From the IMG/VR virus record IMGVR_UViG_3300000970_000006: 64,000 bases of DNA. One strand, written 5' to 3'. The number at the start of each line of letters is the position of its first letter. Positions within the stretch are counted from its first letter, which is position 1. A model generated the notes under the pieces. The model did not search any database, was not told the origin of the DNA, and was given only the letters and a program-made list of their open reading frames with translations. Origin of the DNA: a virus. A program made the position numbers and the translations under genes. Positions 38,756 through 48,581 of the stretch are shown piece after piece.

Positions 38756-39088
38756 ATGACACAATCAGATAATACCGAATATACAATTGAAGCTGTTCAT
38801 TTAGAAAGCGAATTCTCAGCTCCTCCGGATTTGTTCAAAGTTAATGATAAAGTTGGATGCCTCATAATGATATGTATAGCATCTCGCGAAAATGAAAATC
38901 GTAATATGTGCACGAATTATCAAACATATAATCGATTTAATGAAAATCACGTTAAAAATAATTTTAGATATAAAGCATTTGTTTTACCTATTTCAGAAAA
39001 TGAAAATAGAACGGATTTAAAAAGTGTTGATTATCCTTATTATCTAGGTGAATATAATGTTAACGATGGCGTTGGTAATATCATATGA
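38756..39088 (+). CDS. hypothetical protein
   Basis: 110 aa ORF within the operon. Confidence 0.55.
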   Translation: MTQSDNTEYTIEAVHLESEFSAPPDLFKVNDKVGCLIMICIASRENENRNMCTNYQTYNRFNENHVKNNFRYKAFVLPISENENRTDLKSVDYPYYLGEYNVNDGVGNII

Positions 39089-39996
39089 GCAAAGTAATAA
39101 TTCCGAATAATTTAACAAATGTTATTCCTTCTATAAATGAAGCATCCTACTATTATAATAAAGCAAATACTTTTGCTGTTACTTATGAGTTAAATGACAC
39201 TATTCAAAATTACGGTACTGCATCTGATAGCGAAAAAAACGGTGTTATAATTGATGTAGAAACAACTGGATTGGAAGACGACGACGAAATTATTGAAATT
39301 TGTTGTCTTCCTTTTACGTTTAATGCTAGCGGAGATGTGACTAATATGGGCGAACCTTTTGTTACAAGAGGCGCACCAAAAAACAAAACTGTTAACAAAT
39401 TTATTTCTGATTTAACCGGAATTATGCCTGATGATTTAATAGGGCTGGAATTAGATTTGAAAATGGTTCATCAAATGATAAAATATTCTGATGTTGTCAT
39501 TGCACATAATGCTGGTTTTGATAGACGCATGTTAGAAAATACATTTGATAATAATGATTTTGAGTGGCCTAGAAGTCTATGGTTATGTTCGTCAAATGAT
39601 TTCAATTGGAGAGAATCAGGAATACTTTCAAATAAACTAGATTATATTGCTTATAAATTAGGATTTTTCTTTGAACATCATAGAGCAGATATTGACTGTA
39701 AAGCGACTTTGCATGTAATATCTCATAACACAGAAAATGGCTCAATTTTAAAAAATATGTTTAAAGGTTTTTTGCCGCACTACATGATGATGGCAAAAAA
39801 ATCACCTTTTGAAACTAAAGGTATTCTCAAAGAACGTGGATATTCATGGAATGTACAGCGCAAAACTTGGGAAAAACCTATACCAAAAGACGAAATGAAT
39901 GAAGAAAAAGAATGGTTGGAAAACGAAATTTATAATGGTATGGAAGAATATGAATATTTTCAAATCGATCCTTATATGAGATATTCAAATCAATGA
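39085..39996 (+). CDS. DEDDh 3'-5' exonuclease (DnaQ/epsilon-like)
   Basis: DVETTG, AHNAGFD, HRADID. Confidence 0.9.
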   Translation: MSKVIIPNNLTNVIPSINEASYYYNKANTFAVTYELNDTIQNYGTASDSEKNGVIIDVETTGLEDDDEIIEICCLPFTFNASGDVTNMGEPFVTRGAPKNKTVNKFISDLTGIMPDDLIGLELDLKMVHQMIKYSDVVIAHNAGFDRRMLENTFDNNDFEWPRSLWLCSSNDFNWRESGILSNKLDYIAYKLGFFFEHHRADIDCKATLHVISHNTENGSILKNMFKGFLPHYMMMAKKSPFETKGILKERGYSWNVQRKTWEKPIPKDEMNEEKEWLENEIYNGMEEYEYFQIDPYMRYSNQ

Positions 39997-40751
39997 ATGT
40001 ATTAAAATTTTATATTGATGAAAACGCAGAACCATTAGTTAAAAAACAAATAATAAAAATACTAGCCGCTAATGGTGTTGGCATTAAATATACAATGGTT
40101 GAAGTACCTATTAATGAAGCTGACTTAATTTTTATTAGAAATTCTGAAAAAGACGTTTCTGAAAAAGCGGTTTCGATTTGCCTAAACAGTAATTTCAATC
40201 GGTCGAAATATGATGCAGAATTATATGGCCAACCTGAATTAGGCCAGCTTTTAACAGCCGGTTTATGCACGTGGCCTGATGTTCGAGATACTATTTCTAA
40301 ATTGGATAGCGTAGGCGAAGCCGCAACAATATCTCACGAAAGTGAAGAAAAAATATTTGAAGACGATACAATCTTAGAAAAATATTCGCATGTGTTTGTT
40401 GATGCTCCACTAGGACCACTTTTATCACATATTTTAGTAATGTTTCGTACGTGTTTAACGATGACGAATTGCCTTGATGCTTTTGGACCAAAATCAAATG
40501 ATTGGGAAGACTTTAAGATTAAAGTAGAAGCAATTACAAATGAGGAACAAAGTAGCAGTATGTTTTATGGACTGTTTGCTGATAATCTTTATACCACTAA
40601 CGTCATATATGCACGTGGATTTAGGTCAATCATTGGTAGTTTATTAAAAACTAAATTAGGAAATGATTACGGATTTTTAGATTTTAATATAGGCGATACT
40701 CGATTAGCAGACGAAATAAAAAGAAAATCAAAAAGGAATGACGATGAGTAA
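39993..40751 (+). CDS. hypothetical protein
   Basis: 252 aa coupled ORF, no motif recognised. Confidence 0.65.
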   Translation: MNVLKFYIDENAEPLVKKQIIKILAANGVGIKYTMVEVPINEADLIFIRNSEKDVSEKAVSICLNSNFNRSKYDAELYGQPELGQLLTAGLCTWPDVRDTISKLDSVGEAATISHESEEKIFEDDTILEKYSHVFVDAPLGPLLSHILVMFRTCLTMTNCLDAFGPKSNDWEDFKIKVEAITNEEQSSSMFYGLFADNLYTTNVIYARGFRSIIGSLLKTKLGNDYGFLDFNIGDTRLADEIKRKSKRNDDE

Positions 40752-41292
40752 GGATAAATTAATTGTACTTGATTCACCAGATGGTTCTGGTAAATCCACA
40801 TTAGGTGAAATGTTATCAACAGTATTAAATGTTGAATTAATGCATGATGGTGGACCTTCTGAGAACCGCGAACACGCACAAGAACGAATGGAAGCATTTC
40901 TACAAGATAAGAATAAAATACGAGATCGTTCAACAATATTCTCAGACCCTGTTTATAAAGCAGCATTAGGAAATGAACCTTTATTTACACAAGACGAATT
41001 AGATGAATATGTTGTGCGAGCTGCCGAAAAAGGTATTTTATTAATTTATTGTCGTCCATCTTTAGACGTTCTCATGCGCAACACGGAATTTCTTGCCCGA
41101 GCAAAGGCGCATAAACCACCAGAATACGCACAACAAGTTATGCAACGTCTTCCTGCTATCGTGGAAAATTATGATAAATCAATTATTCGTTGGGCATCAT
41201 TAGGTCTTAGCGTAATTAATTATGATTATACCAGCGCAAAAACTGACGAATTTTGCGAAATTATTAGAGAATCGTATTGGACACGTCCATGA
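40738..41292 (+). CDS. P-loop nucleoside monophosphate kinase (thymidylate-kinase-like)
   Basis: LIVLDSPDGSGKSTL, DR..FSDPVY, LIYCRP. Confidence 0.8.
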   Translation: MTMSKDKLIVLDSPDGSGKSTLGEMLSTVLNVELMHDGGPSENREHAQERMEAFLQDKNKIRDRSTIFSDPVYKAALGNEPLFTQDELDEYVVRAAEKGILLIYCRPSLDVLMRNTEFLARAKAHKPPEYAQQVMQRLPAIVENYDKSIIRWASLGLSVINYDYTSAKTDEFCEIIRESYWTRP

Positions 41293-41768
41293 ATATATTC
41301 TTTTTAGGATTAGCAGGAAATATTTTTAGCCGCGGTTTGTATGATATGGCCAGAGATAATTCAGGCCTTGTATTCACGCACAATCAATGGAAAAAAGTCG
41401 CAAAAACTTTAGTACGAGATTTTAAACAATCAAAAATTACTCATGTAAATTTGTGCGGCCATTCATTAGGTGCTCGAAGTTGCCTTAAGGTTGCTAAATA
41501 TCTAGTTAAAAATGAAGTTCCTGTAAACAAACTAATACTACTAGATTATGTAGAAGGTAATAGATTTTGGTACCCGCAACTTTTAATTCCTAAGTCTATT
41601 GATTATGATAATGTAATACATTTAAGAACATTAGATAGAAGAGTTAAGCCTCTAATGTTTTGGGATAAATCAACATCCGCTCGCACTGTCATATATGATA
41701 TACCGCATGCGGACTTAGATGATTATAGTTCATCGCATCAAACAGTAAAAGAATATTTAGGAGACTAA
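41277..41768 (+). CDS. small alpha/beta-hydrolase
   Basis: GHSLG nucleophile elbow, LILLD, C-terminal His (IPHADLD). Confidence 0.7.
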   Translation: MDTSMNIFFLGLAGNIFSRGLYDMARDNSGLVFTHNQWKKVAKTLVRDFKQSKITHVNLCGHSLGARSCLKVAKYLVKNEVPVNKLILLDYVEGNRFWYPQLLIPKSIDYDNVIHLRTLDRRVKPLMFWDKSTSARTVIYDIPHADLDDYSSSHQTVKEYLGD

Positions 41769-41772
41769 CAAT

Positions 41773-42543
41773 TTGTCATATGTGAAAACACTTTATGAGA
41801 ATACTAATAAAGACTGGATTTACCAATTAAACGAAATAATGAAATATGGTGAAGAATCAGCACCACGCGGAATGCCCATTAAAGAAATAATTGGAAACAG
41901 AGTTAGTATAAACATGAATGCTCCAATAGTAACTCTGCCTAAGCGAAAAATGAATTATAAATTCGCTATTGCTGAGGCTCATTGGATATGTTCGGGTTCA
42001 AATAAACTATCAGATATTACAGAAGTTCTTCCAAATTATGCCGATTATTCATCTGATGGATATACATTATCAGGCGCATACGGACCTAAATTTGTTGACC
42101 AATTAGGTTGGGTTGTTAACACTTTAATAAAAGACCCAGATTCTCGTCAAGCAGTAGTATCATTATGGCGTGAACGTCCTGGACCTGACCCTGATATTGC
42201 ATGTACATTAAGTCAGCAATATTTTATTAGAAACGGTCAATTAAACGTCGTTGCAACAATGCGTTCGAATGATATGTTTTGGGGTTTCTGTTACGACATA
42301 TTTACATTTACCATGATGGCTAAAATGGTTCAAACGTGTTTAGCAATGAGAGGCATTAATGTGGATTTAGGCCGAATGACTTTAAATCAAGGTTCTGCTC
42401 ACATATACGAACGTCACTGGGATTTAGCAAATGAGATTATTGCCAAAGATAATAGCGAGCCTGATGATTTATGGAATTACGATGTAACTCAAAAATTTGA
42501 CGATCCTGAAGAATTTTTATCCAGTTTAGCGGTTATGCTTTGA
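41773..42543 (+). CDS. thymidylate-synthase-superfamily enzyme with dCMP-type specificity residue (dCMP hydroxymethylase/methylase-like)
   Basis: PRG, AEAHW, GAYGP, DPDSRQA, catalytic Cys in DIACT, MRSND, GFCYD (Asp where dUMP-type TS has Asn), SAHIY. Confidence 0.85.
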   Translation: MSYVKTLYENTNKDWIYQLNEIMKYGEESAPRGMPIKEIIGNRVSINMNAPIVTLPKRKMNYKFAIAEAHWICSGSNKLSDITEVLPNYADYSSDGYTLSGAYGPKFVDQLGWVVNTLIKDPDSRQAVVSLWRERPGPDPDIACTLSQQYFIRNGQLNVVATMRSNDMFWGFCYDIFTFTMMAKMVQTCLAMRGINVDLGRMTLNQGSAHIYERHWDLANEIIAKDNSEPDDLWNYDVTQKFDDPEEFLSSLAVML

Positions 42544-43334
42544 ATTTAATTGATAAGTTAATAAAAACTGATTTACATAATACGTCTTTAAGTCAGGTAT
42601 GTTGTGCACAAGGTTTTTCAGTTGCCAATATTTACGACAAATTTATTGTTAGTGAATTAGAAGATTATATGAGAAAGGGAGACGTTTTCTCCCTTTCTCT
42701 TTTTGTAAGTAATCAAGAAATTCGAAAAATAATTATGCAGGCTGGAGAACAAAATAGAATAGGAAAAGGCGAAAATTTTCTTTTGTCATTTGAAGGTTCC
42801 GTTACTTCAACATTAGGCGATGTAAATATGACAAATATCGGTAATGTCGAAGTAAAATTTGGAAAAGCACAATTAAAAAATTACAAAGAAAAAAATAATT
42901 CGTCTATTAAGTTGCAATTAAAAAATTTTTCTTATAAAGAACTAACTTCTTTGATAACACGAACAGATATGGACTCTGATGAAATAGGTACGCGTATAGC
43001 TACATGCATTAATTGGATGTTTCCACAATCAGATAAAGCAGCTGATTTGTGTCTCACAAAAGGATTTATTAAACGCATACAAACATCTGATAATATAAAA
43101 GATGCGATTAATAATGAAATTTTATACCCATTATACGATTATGGATTTGATTATCTTAAAGCTGTAGGTCAATATGACGGGGTTTTCTTAATGAATTATG
43201 ATAATGCAGTGTATATACGCTCAGGGAGCGCGTGTGTTGCGCATATTAAAAATAAGGTTGTTAGTATGTCACCTTCAGACATAAAGTTCACTGGAGAGCG
43301 CACAGGCGGTTTGTCATTAACTTTAAAAGTATAA
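42540..43334 (+). CDS. putative PD-(D/E)XK endonuclease
   Basis: IGKGE...LGDV...NVEVK spacing matches the nuclease core. Confidence 0.5.
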   Translation: MNLIDKLIKTDLHNTSLSQVCCAQGFSVANIYDKFIVSELEDYMRKGDVFSLSLFVSNQEIRKIIMQAGEQNRIGKGENFLLSFEGSVTSTLGDVNMTNIGNVEVKFGKAQLKNYKEKNNSSIKLQLKNFSYKELTSLITRTDMDSDEIGTRIATCINWMFPQSDKAADLCLTKGFIKRIQTSDNIKDAINNEILYPLYDYGFDYLKAVGQYDGVFLMNYDNAVYIRSGSACVAHIKNKVVSMSPSDIKFTGERTGGLSLTLKV

Positions 43335-43367
43335 ATATACTATAATACGCACAAAAGAGATTCATAA

Positions 43368-44846
43368 ATGTCAATAATCACACAATTAAATGAAGTAGCA
43401 TTTTCTAATAGTCGTTTTGATAAAGCGATATATTTAATTCAAAAATTGCTAACAAAAAGAACTAGTAAAACCATGTATCGATATGGTGGAGCAAAAGGAT
43501 ATGATGAATTCGTTAAATCGAAATCTGGTCCTGGTACAGGTGTTTTGTTTCTTATAAAAGGTGGTGCTGCTGTACGTTTTAACTGGGAAAAGAAGCGCTC
43601 AAAATCAGTTGCAATCACGTCAATTGATTATTGGAATGAATATGTGTCAGATAAACGTGCTGATAAAACTATGGAAACTACTAATTTTAATACTGTTGTA
43701 TTGGTTAATTTAATAGCTCAATTAATTAAACAACCATCTGCAAAAAAACTTAAACTTGAAGAAAATACTGTTGGCGGTGAGTGGGATTCTCTAAATGAAG
43801 GAAAATGGAAACGAACTAGTCTCGCTAATTTTCATACATTAGCTATGAATATGTTTGGCAAAAGTGATTTAACTCAAAAAGAATTATACACAATACGAGA
43901 TGATACAGGTTTTTCACCGCCATCGATTATATTTGATAATCATATTGAAGGCACAAAGCCTAAAGTATTTAGAATTCCTGAAAGTGATAATGTTCAAATT
44001 TCAAAAGGTGAGCGTGAAGAATCAGTTGGCGAAGAAAAAGCTATACAAAATGGTGTAGCAAGGGCAGATGGTGTAACAGTTGATGAACTGTTTGAAGAGC
44101 TTGAAGGTATGGCTACTATGTTTAGAGACGGATTTGTTAGAAGTCTCTTAGTAACTGGCGGCGGTGGTACTGGTAAAACATACACAATTGTTCAAATTCT
44201 TAATCAAGGTGGTTATAAAGAAGGCGAAGGTTACAAAAAATTATCTGGTAAAATAAGTCCTATGGGCCTTTATACTGAATTGTTTATAAGCAGAGAAGAA
44301 GAAGATATGTTAGTGTTTGATGATATTGATTCAGTATTTGGTTCTGAAGAATCACGAAATATCTTAAAAGCTGCTCTTGACACAACAGGTGATAGAACAA
44401 TCACATGGAAAAGTCCATTAACAGTTGATTTGTCTGGTCTTGAAGGCGACGAATACGAAGAAGAACTTGCTCTAATTGGAGATAAAATTAAAACAGGTCA
44501 AGAAGTAAAATTGCCTAATAGATTTGATTTTAAAGGCCGAGTATTGTTTATATCAAACCTTCCTGAAAATAAAATTGAACAGGCCATTATTTCACGCTCC
44601 ATGCATATTGATGTAACACTATCTTCGCAAGAAGTTTTTGACCGTATGGAAGTTATTATGCAACACATTGAACCAGCAAATGGCCAAAAAGTTAGCATTG
44701 AACAAAAACAAGAATTATTAGATGAACTTCGCGCAACTGCTAAACGTCATCCTAATAAGTATTACTCTATGAGAAATTTTGTTAAAGGCTTAAACATTAT
44801 ATCATCAGGAACTCCTGATTGGAAACGTTATATAAAACGCACCTAA
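43368..44846 (+). CDS. AAA+ ATPase with an N-terminal domain, late-expressed
   Basis: GGGGTGKT, VFDDID, NILKAALD, FISN, SR; TATAAATA at 43330-43337. Confidence 0.85.
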   Translation: MSIITQLNEVAFSNSRFDKAIYLIQKLLTKRTSKTMYRYGGAKGYDEFVKSKSGPGTGVLFLIKGGAAVRFNWEKKRSKSVAITSIDYWNEYVSDKRADKTMETTNFNTVVLVNLIAQLIKQPSAKKLKLEENTVGGEWDSLNEGKWKRTSLANFHTLAMNMFGKSDLTQKELYTIRDDTGFSPPSIIFDNHIEGTKPKVFRIPESDNVQISKGEREESVGEEKAIQNGVARADGVTVDELFEELEGMATMFRDGFVRSLLVTGGGGTGKTYTIVQILNQGGYKEGEGYKKLSGKISPMGLYTELFISREEEDMLVFDDIDSVFGSEESRNILKAALDTTGDRTITWKSPLTVDLSGLEGDEYEEELALIGDKIKTGQEVKLPNRFDFKGRVLFISNLPENKIEQAIISRSMHIDVTLSSQEVFDRMEVIMQHIEPANGQKVSIEQKQELLDELRATAKRHPNKYYSMRNFVKGLNIISSGTPDWKRYIKRT

Positions 44847-44859
44847 TAGGAATTATGAT

Positions 44860-45363
44860 ATGCCAACATCAAAATTTAACCTAAACAATGATTGGGAACT
44901 CGTTGGAGTAGGTCCAGTTTACATAGAAGCATATGATAAAACGGCTATAATATTTGGCCAAACTCCTCCACTACAAGATGATGTTTCTTACCATACTATT
45001 GGTATTCCAACTCATTTGCATTTTAAATATCAAGGAACTCAGAACACATATGCTAAAAGTATAACTGCTCAACCGTGTACAATAGTAGTTTCAAATTTTG
45101 AATTATTATCAGGTGGCGCAGGAGTAGATGATTCTAGTGGAAGTAATAATGTAGTTTCATCGTCTAATTTACCAGTTCCAGATTTACTTGACGAAAATAA
45201 TCCAATATATTTCTATTTTGGTTGGATTAATAATGGAAATTGGATTATACATAAACAAGTTAAATCAACATCTGTTTATACAGTAGCAAGTTTAACAAAT
45301 AATACATCATATGCGACATTAGATGAAGCTTGGCTTGAGCGCGAAAATTTAACATATATTTAA
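44860..45363 (+). CDS. hypothetical, probably structural protein
   Basis: 167 aa; two apparent modules joined by a Gly/Ser linker. Confidence 0.6.
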   Translation: MPTSKFNLNNDWELVGVGPVYIEAYDKTAIIFGQTPPLQDDVSYHTIGIPTHLHFKYQGTQNTYAKSITAQPCTIVVSNFELLSGGAGVDDSSGSNNVVSSSNLPVPDLLDENNPIYFYFGWINNGNWIIHKQVKSTSVYTVASLTNNTSYATLDEAWLERENLTYI

Positions 45364-45371
45364 GGATATAA

Positions 45372-45608
45372 ATGTCTATTAAATCGTGCAAATGCGGCGA
45401 AACAAATTGGGTTGGTTCTGGTGTAATTCATTCTTGTGAAAGATGTGAAATATGCAACACTAATGCTGAAAAAAATATAGCAGATGCTCATGATTTCGAT
45501 TATAAAAAAATTCAAAAATATATTGTCGAAAACGATATGAATAAAAAAATAAAGATAAATATTCGACAATGCGTCAATTGCGGATATATTGAATTGGTTG
45601 ACGACTAA
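45372..45608 (+). CDS. small Cys-rich protein
   Basis: CKCG, CERCEIC, CVNCG. Confidence 0.55.
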   Translation: MSIKSCKCGETNWVGSGVIHSCERCEICNTNAEKNIADAHDFDYKKIQKYIVENDMNKKIKINIRQCVNCGYIELVDD

Positions 45609-46739
45609 ATGGCAAATCAAACTGTAACATCAGATGTTAATTTATCGCAAATTATTGGTGATTTAAATAATGGTCAGAACATAACCATTAACGACGGCGC
45701 AACTGTCACTGTTGATGACGGCTCATTAACAAAACTTATTGGCACCATAACTATCAATAATGGAAAATTTTTATGGGATGGAGCAAATGCTGTAAATCCA
45801 TTAGTGCATGTTGGAGAAGAAGGAACTGCCATAAATGTTAACGGTGCAGGTGTATTAGAATCTACACGAGGATGGTGGGAGTTTCCAATAACTAGTACAG
45901 GTTTGCCATCTCAGGTATTTGATAGTACTACATATTTTCAAAATTCTTTAATAACAGCTGATGTTTTTTCTGGCGTATGGGTAGAAACAGGAAGACGTAT
46001 TAATTATACAGGTGGTTCAGCTATTGCTCCATTCGATGCAATGACATTTGAGAGATTTTCATCACCTCAAGCGCAAACTGGATTTAACCAAGGCTCATTA
46101 GATTATACTGATGTTATTGCAAATCCAAATGGTGGTTCATTAGCTGAAGTTCGTGCTTATCTAGACAGATTAATGGAACAAGATACTGACCAAGATATTG
46201 GTACAGGTTCATTTATTCCACGCCGCGCAGACCCACTCTATACAATTGACAACCAAGGTCGATTAGTTACACGCCAAGGTTTGTATATTGCAAATCTTCC
46301 AGCTTCTGATTTACAAACTGTTGTTCAAACATCCGATAATGGTACAACTGGTACATATCCATTTGAACCAGAACTTCGCTTCTCTGTTACTGATGCTTGG
46401 GTAAATGACCCTAATGCGTGGGCACAAGCAATGTACGTCGATGGTTCAGGTTCATTGGATTTTGAAACAGGTACAGCTGTTATTGTTCAAGATAGTGCAG
46501 GCGGTGACATGGTGTTTACGCCTGCAAATGCTCAAGGCACATCTGGTGGTTATTTCATATCCGTTCCATATGCATATGATACAAATACTCAAGCAGGTTT
46601 ATCTGCGGGCGTTGATAAGGCATGCGTATTTTTGGCAGAAGGCGATGGCGGCGCAACTGCAGATAATGCGTTCTTCACAATTCGTCGTGAAACAACCATT
46701 CCTGTGACTGTATCTCCACAAGCGGAAACGAACATCTAA
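45609..46739 (+). CDS. probable virion structural protein
   Basis: Gly/Thr/Asn-rich, low Lys, beta-helix-like N-terminus (ITINDGATVTVD). Confidence 0.6.
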   Translation: MANQTVTSDVNLSQIIGDLNNGQNITINDGATVTVDDGSLTKLIGTITINNGKFLWDGANAVNPLVHVGEEGTAINVNGAGVLESTRGWWEFPITSTGLPSQVFDSTTYFQNSLITADVFSGVWVETGRRINYTGGSAIAPFDAMTFERFSSPQAQTGFNQGSLDYTDVIANPNGGSLAEVRAYLDRLMEQDTDQDIGTGSFIPRRADPLYTIDNQGRLVTRQGLYIANLPASDLQTVVQTSDNGTTGTYPFEPELRFSVTDAWVNDPNAWAQAMYVDGSGSLDFETGTAVIVQDSAGGDMVFTPANAQGTSGGYFISVPYAYDTNTQAGLSAGVDKACVFLAEGDGGATADNAFFTIRRETTIPVTVSPQAETNI

Positions 46740-46741
46740 GA

Positions 46742-47056
46742 ATGTACAGAGTCGAAAAAATTGTAATTGAAACGCCCAAGCCTGGTGAAAATCCATTCTT
46801 GGGCGTTACGATTCAAAAGGTTATATTCGATGAAGAAGGAAATGTAAAAGAAATTATACCTCGCCATGATATTGTACATACATCAGGTGATAGAGTTGCT
46901 CAAAATATATTCACATACCTTGACCCTTTGACACGTCAACATATAACGTTATCAGGTTATGCAATTTGGTTAGGACTTCTTCGAATGAGTAAAAACACTA
47001 TTGAAAACACAAATCGATATAAAATAGATGACGATGGAAATTTGGTGGATGAATAA
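46742..47056 (+). CDS. hypothetical protein
   Basis: 104 aa coupled ORF. Confidence 0.6.
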   Translation: MYRVEKIVIETPKPGENPFLGVTIQKVIFDEEGNVKEIIPRHDIVHTSGDRVAQNIFTYLDPLTRQHITLSGYAIWLGLLRMSKNTIENTNRYKIDDDGNLVDE

Positions 47057-47538
47057 TGCCATTAGTCTCACACGTTGATTATCCATCTAAAAGAATTTTT
47101 TTAAGCGCAGAAACTTTAAATATTGAAGTTTTTCCAATTGACATATACAAAGAGGTTCGCGCTTTACGACGTACCACGGAGTTGCATAAAAAATTTCTGC
47201 CGTTAATAAGTTCTCGCGGAAATGAATCAGTAGGTCCTTCTAAAACACCTATATTAACTGTTTTATCACAAGGAGCAAGAATAGTTCCTTATGATATATC
47301 TCATCAATTATTAATACGCGGTGCGTTAGTTAGTATTGATGAAAATTTAGCAGGTTCTCTATTAATTGATAGAGGGCCATTAACTTCAGGTATAGATGTT
47401 GATGTAGATTATCAGCCTCCTCAAGTTGAAGTTATCGAAGTAAATACCGGTTCCGGTTTAACAGATGCACAAAATAATACATTGATGCTTTTATTAGATC
47501 ACGCAAGAGCTGCTAATTTGCAAACGAAACCGGCATAA
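47056..47538 (+). CDS. hypothetical, probably structural protein
   Basis: 160 aa; IDIYKE and VNTGSGLT motifs. Confidence 0.6.
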   Translation: MPLVSHVDYPSKRIFLSAETLNIEVFPIDIYKEVRALRRTTELHKKFLPLISSRGNESVGPSKTPILTVLSQGARIVPYDISHQLLIRGALVSIDENLAGSLLIDRGPLTSGIDVDVDYQPPQVEVIEVNTGSGLTDAQNNTLMLLLDHARAANLQTKPA

Positions 47539-47550
47539 TAGGAAATAACT

Positions 47551-47844
47551 ATGCGAAGTGTAGTAGAAAAATATGATGAGCTGTCTGAAAAAGCCTTTGT
47601 TATTAAAAACAGAGTCCGTGACGGTGGTAAAAATGTTCAGCGCAAAAAACGAGTCTCTGGTCGTAAAGGATTTACATACGATAATAATAAGAAGAAGGCA
47701 GTTAAATTAAATCCTGCTGAACGTAAGAAAATGTCTATTAAATCCAAATTGGGTGCAAAAAAGGCAAAATCTAAAAAATCGCAAGCTGCGTTTAAACGCA
47801 ACAAATCTAACAACAAAAGAAAATCATTAGGATTTAACAAATGA
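47551..47844 (+). CDS. prohead core protein (T4 gp68-like)
   Basis: Very basic, ends KRNKSNNKRKSLGF, resembling the gp68 C-terminus; LSE putative cleavage site. Confidence 0.7.
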   Translation: MRSVVEKYDELSEKAFVIKNRVRDGGKNVQRKKRVSGRKGFTYDNNKKKAVKLNPAERKKMSIKSKLGAKKAKSKKSQAAFKRNKSNNKRKSLGFNK

Positions 47845-48203
47845 ACTTTAATAAAAATAACGTAATTGAAAATATGTCACACACTATGTCTGGACAAACA
47901 CAAATTCTTACTGAAGGATTTTTTATGTCAGATAACAAAAAGAATAGCGTCGATCTTGGTTTCTATGAACCTCTTTCGGCCAAAGACCAAAAAGCTCTTA
48001 ACTGCATGCTTATTGGTTCTGAAGGTAAAGTCAATAAAAGCATTTTGAGCTTTGTTGATAGCAAAACCAAAAAGGCTAAAGGTGATTATGAAGGCAGTGA
48101 CCAACGATTTAAAAAATTCTTTCGTGACGCTATGAAAAGTAAATCAGTTATCAAAAGTTCAGGAACTGGTTATGAATCTAAATTTGGCGATTTATCAGCA
48201 TAA
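47841..48203 (+). CDS. hypothetical protein, possible internal protein
   Basis: ILTEG putative gp21 site, basic remainder. Confidence 0.55.
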   Translation: MNFNKNNVIENMSHTMSGQTQILTEGFFMSDNKKNSVDLGFYEPLSAKDQKALNCMLIGSEGKVNKSILSFVDSKTKKAKGDYEGSDQRFKKFFRDAMKSKSVIKSSGTGYESKFGDLSA

Positions 48204-48242
48204 TATATAATGTTAAGATGAATAAACTGAAGAGAATTAACT

Positions 48243-48581
48243 TTGGATATAGAGTACGCACTAACTAAATATGACGCGCCTGGAAAAGCTTCCGTAGAGG
48301 ACTTTGTTGAAGATTATTCCAGGCCTGTTAAAATAAGAAAGTTATTATCTCGTTATAAAAAAGGTAAAAGCTTAAATATTAGATTGGTTATTAATCATAT
48401 AGTAATAACAAGAAATGTTTTTGCTGATGATTATTTTAAAGAACTCCTAATAGAAATGATAGGAGAATCTTACTATACTGAATTAAATACATTTTTAGTG
48501 TTTATGAAATTATCGTTAGACTTTATAAAAGTTGACCAAACTCTTTTGCAGATGATAAAAGATGAAGTGAAAGTAAATTAA
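48243..48581 (+). CDS. conserved T4-superfamily hypothetical protein
   Basis: YA..KYD.P...EDF.ED..R...IRKLL.RY...NIRLVINHIV...NVF pattern typical of marine T4-like phages. Confidence 0.75.
   Translation: MDIEYALTKYDAPGKASVEDFVEDYSRPVKIRKLLSRYKKGKSLNIRLVINHIVITRNVFADDYFKELLIEMIGESYYTELNTFLVFMKLSLDFIKVDQTLLQMIKDEVKVN

Noticed and set aside
41773-42543. Ordinary thymidylate synthase
   Set aside because: Asp at the specificity position, short divergent sequence and the adjacent kinase argue against it, though dUMP activity cannot be excluded without an assay.
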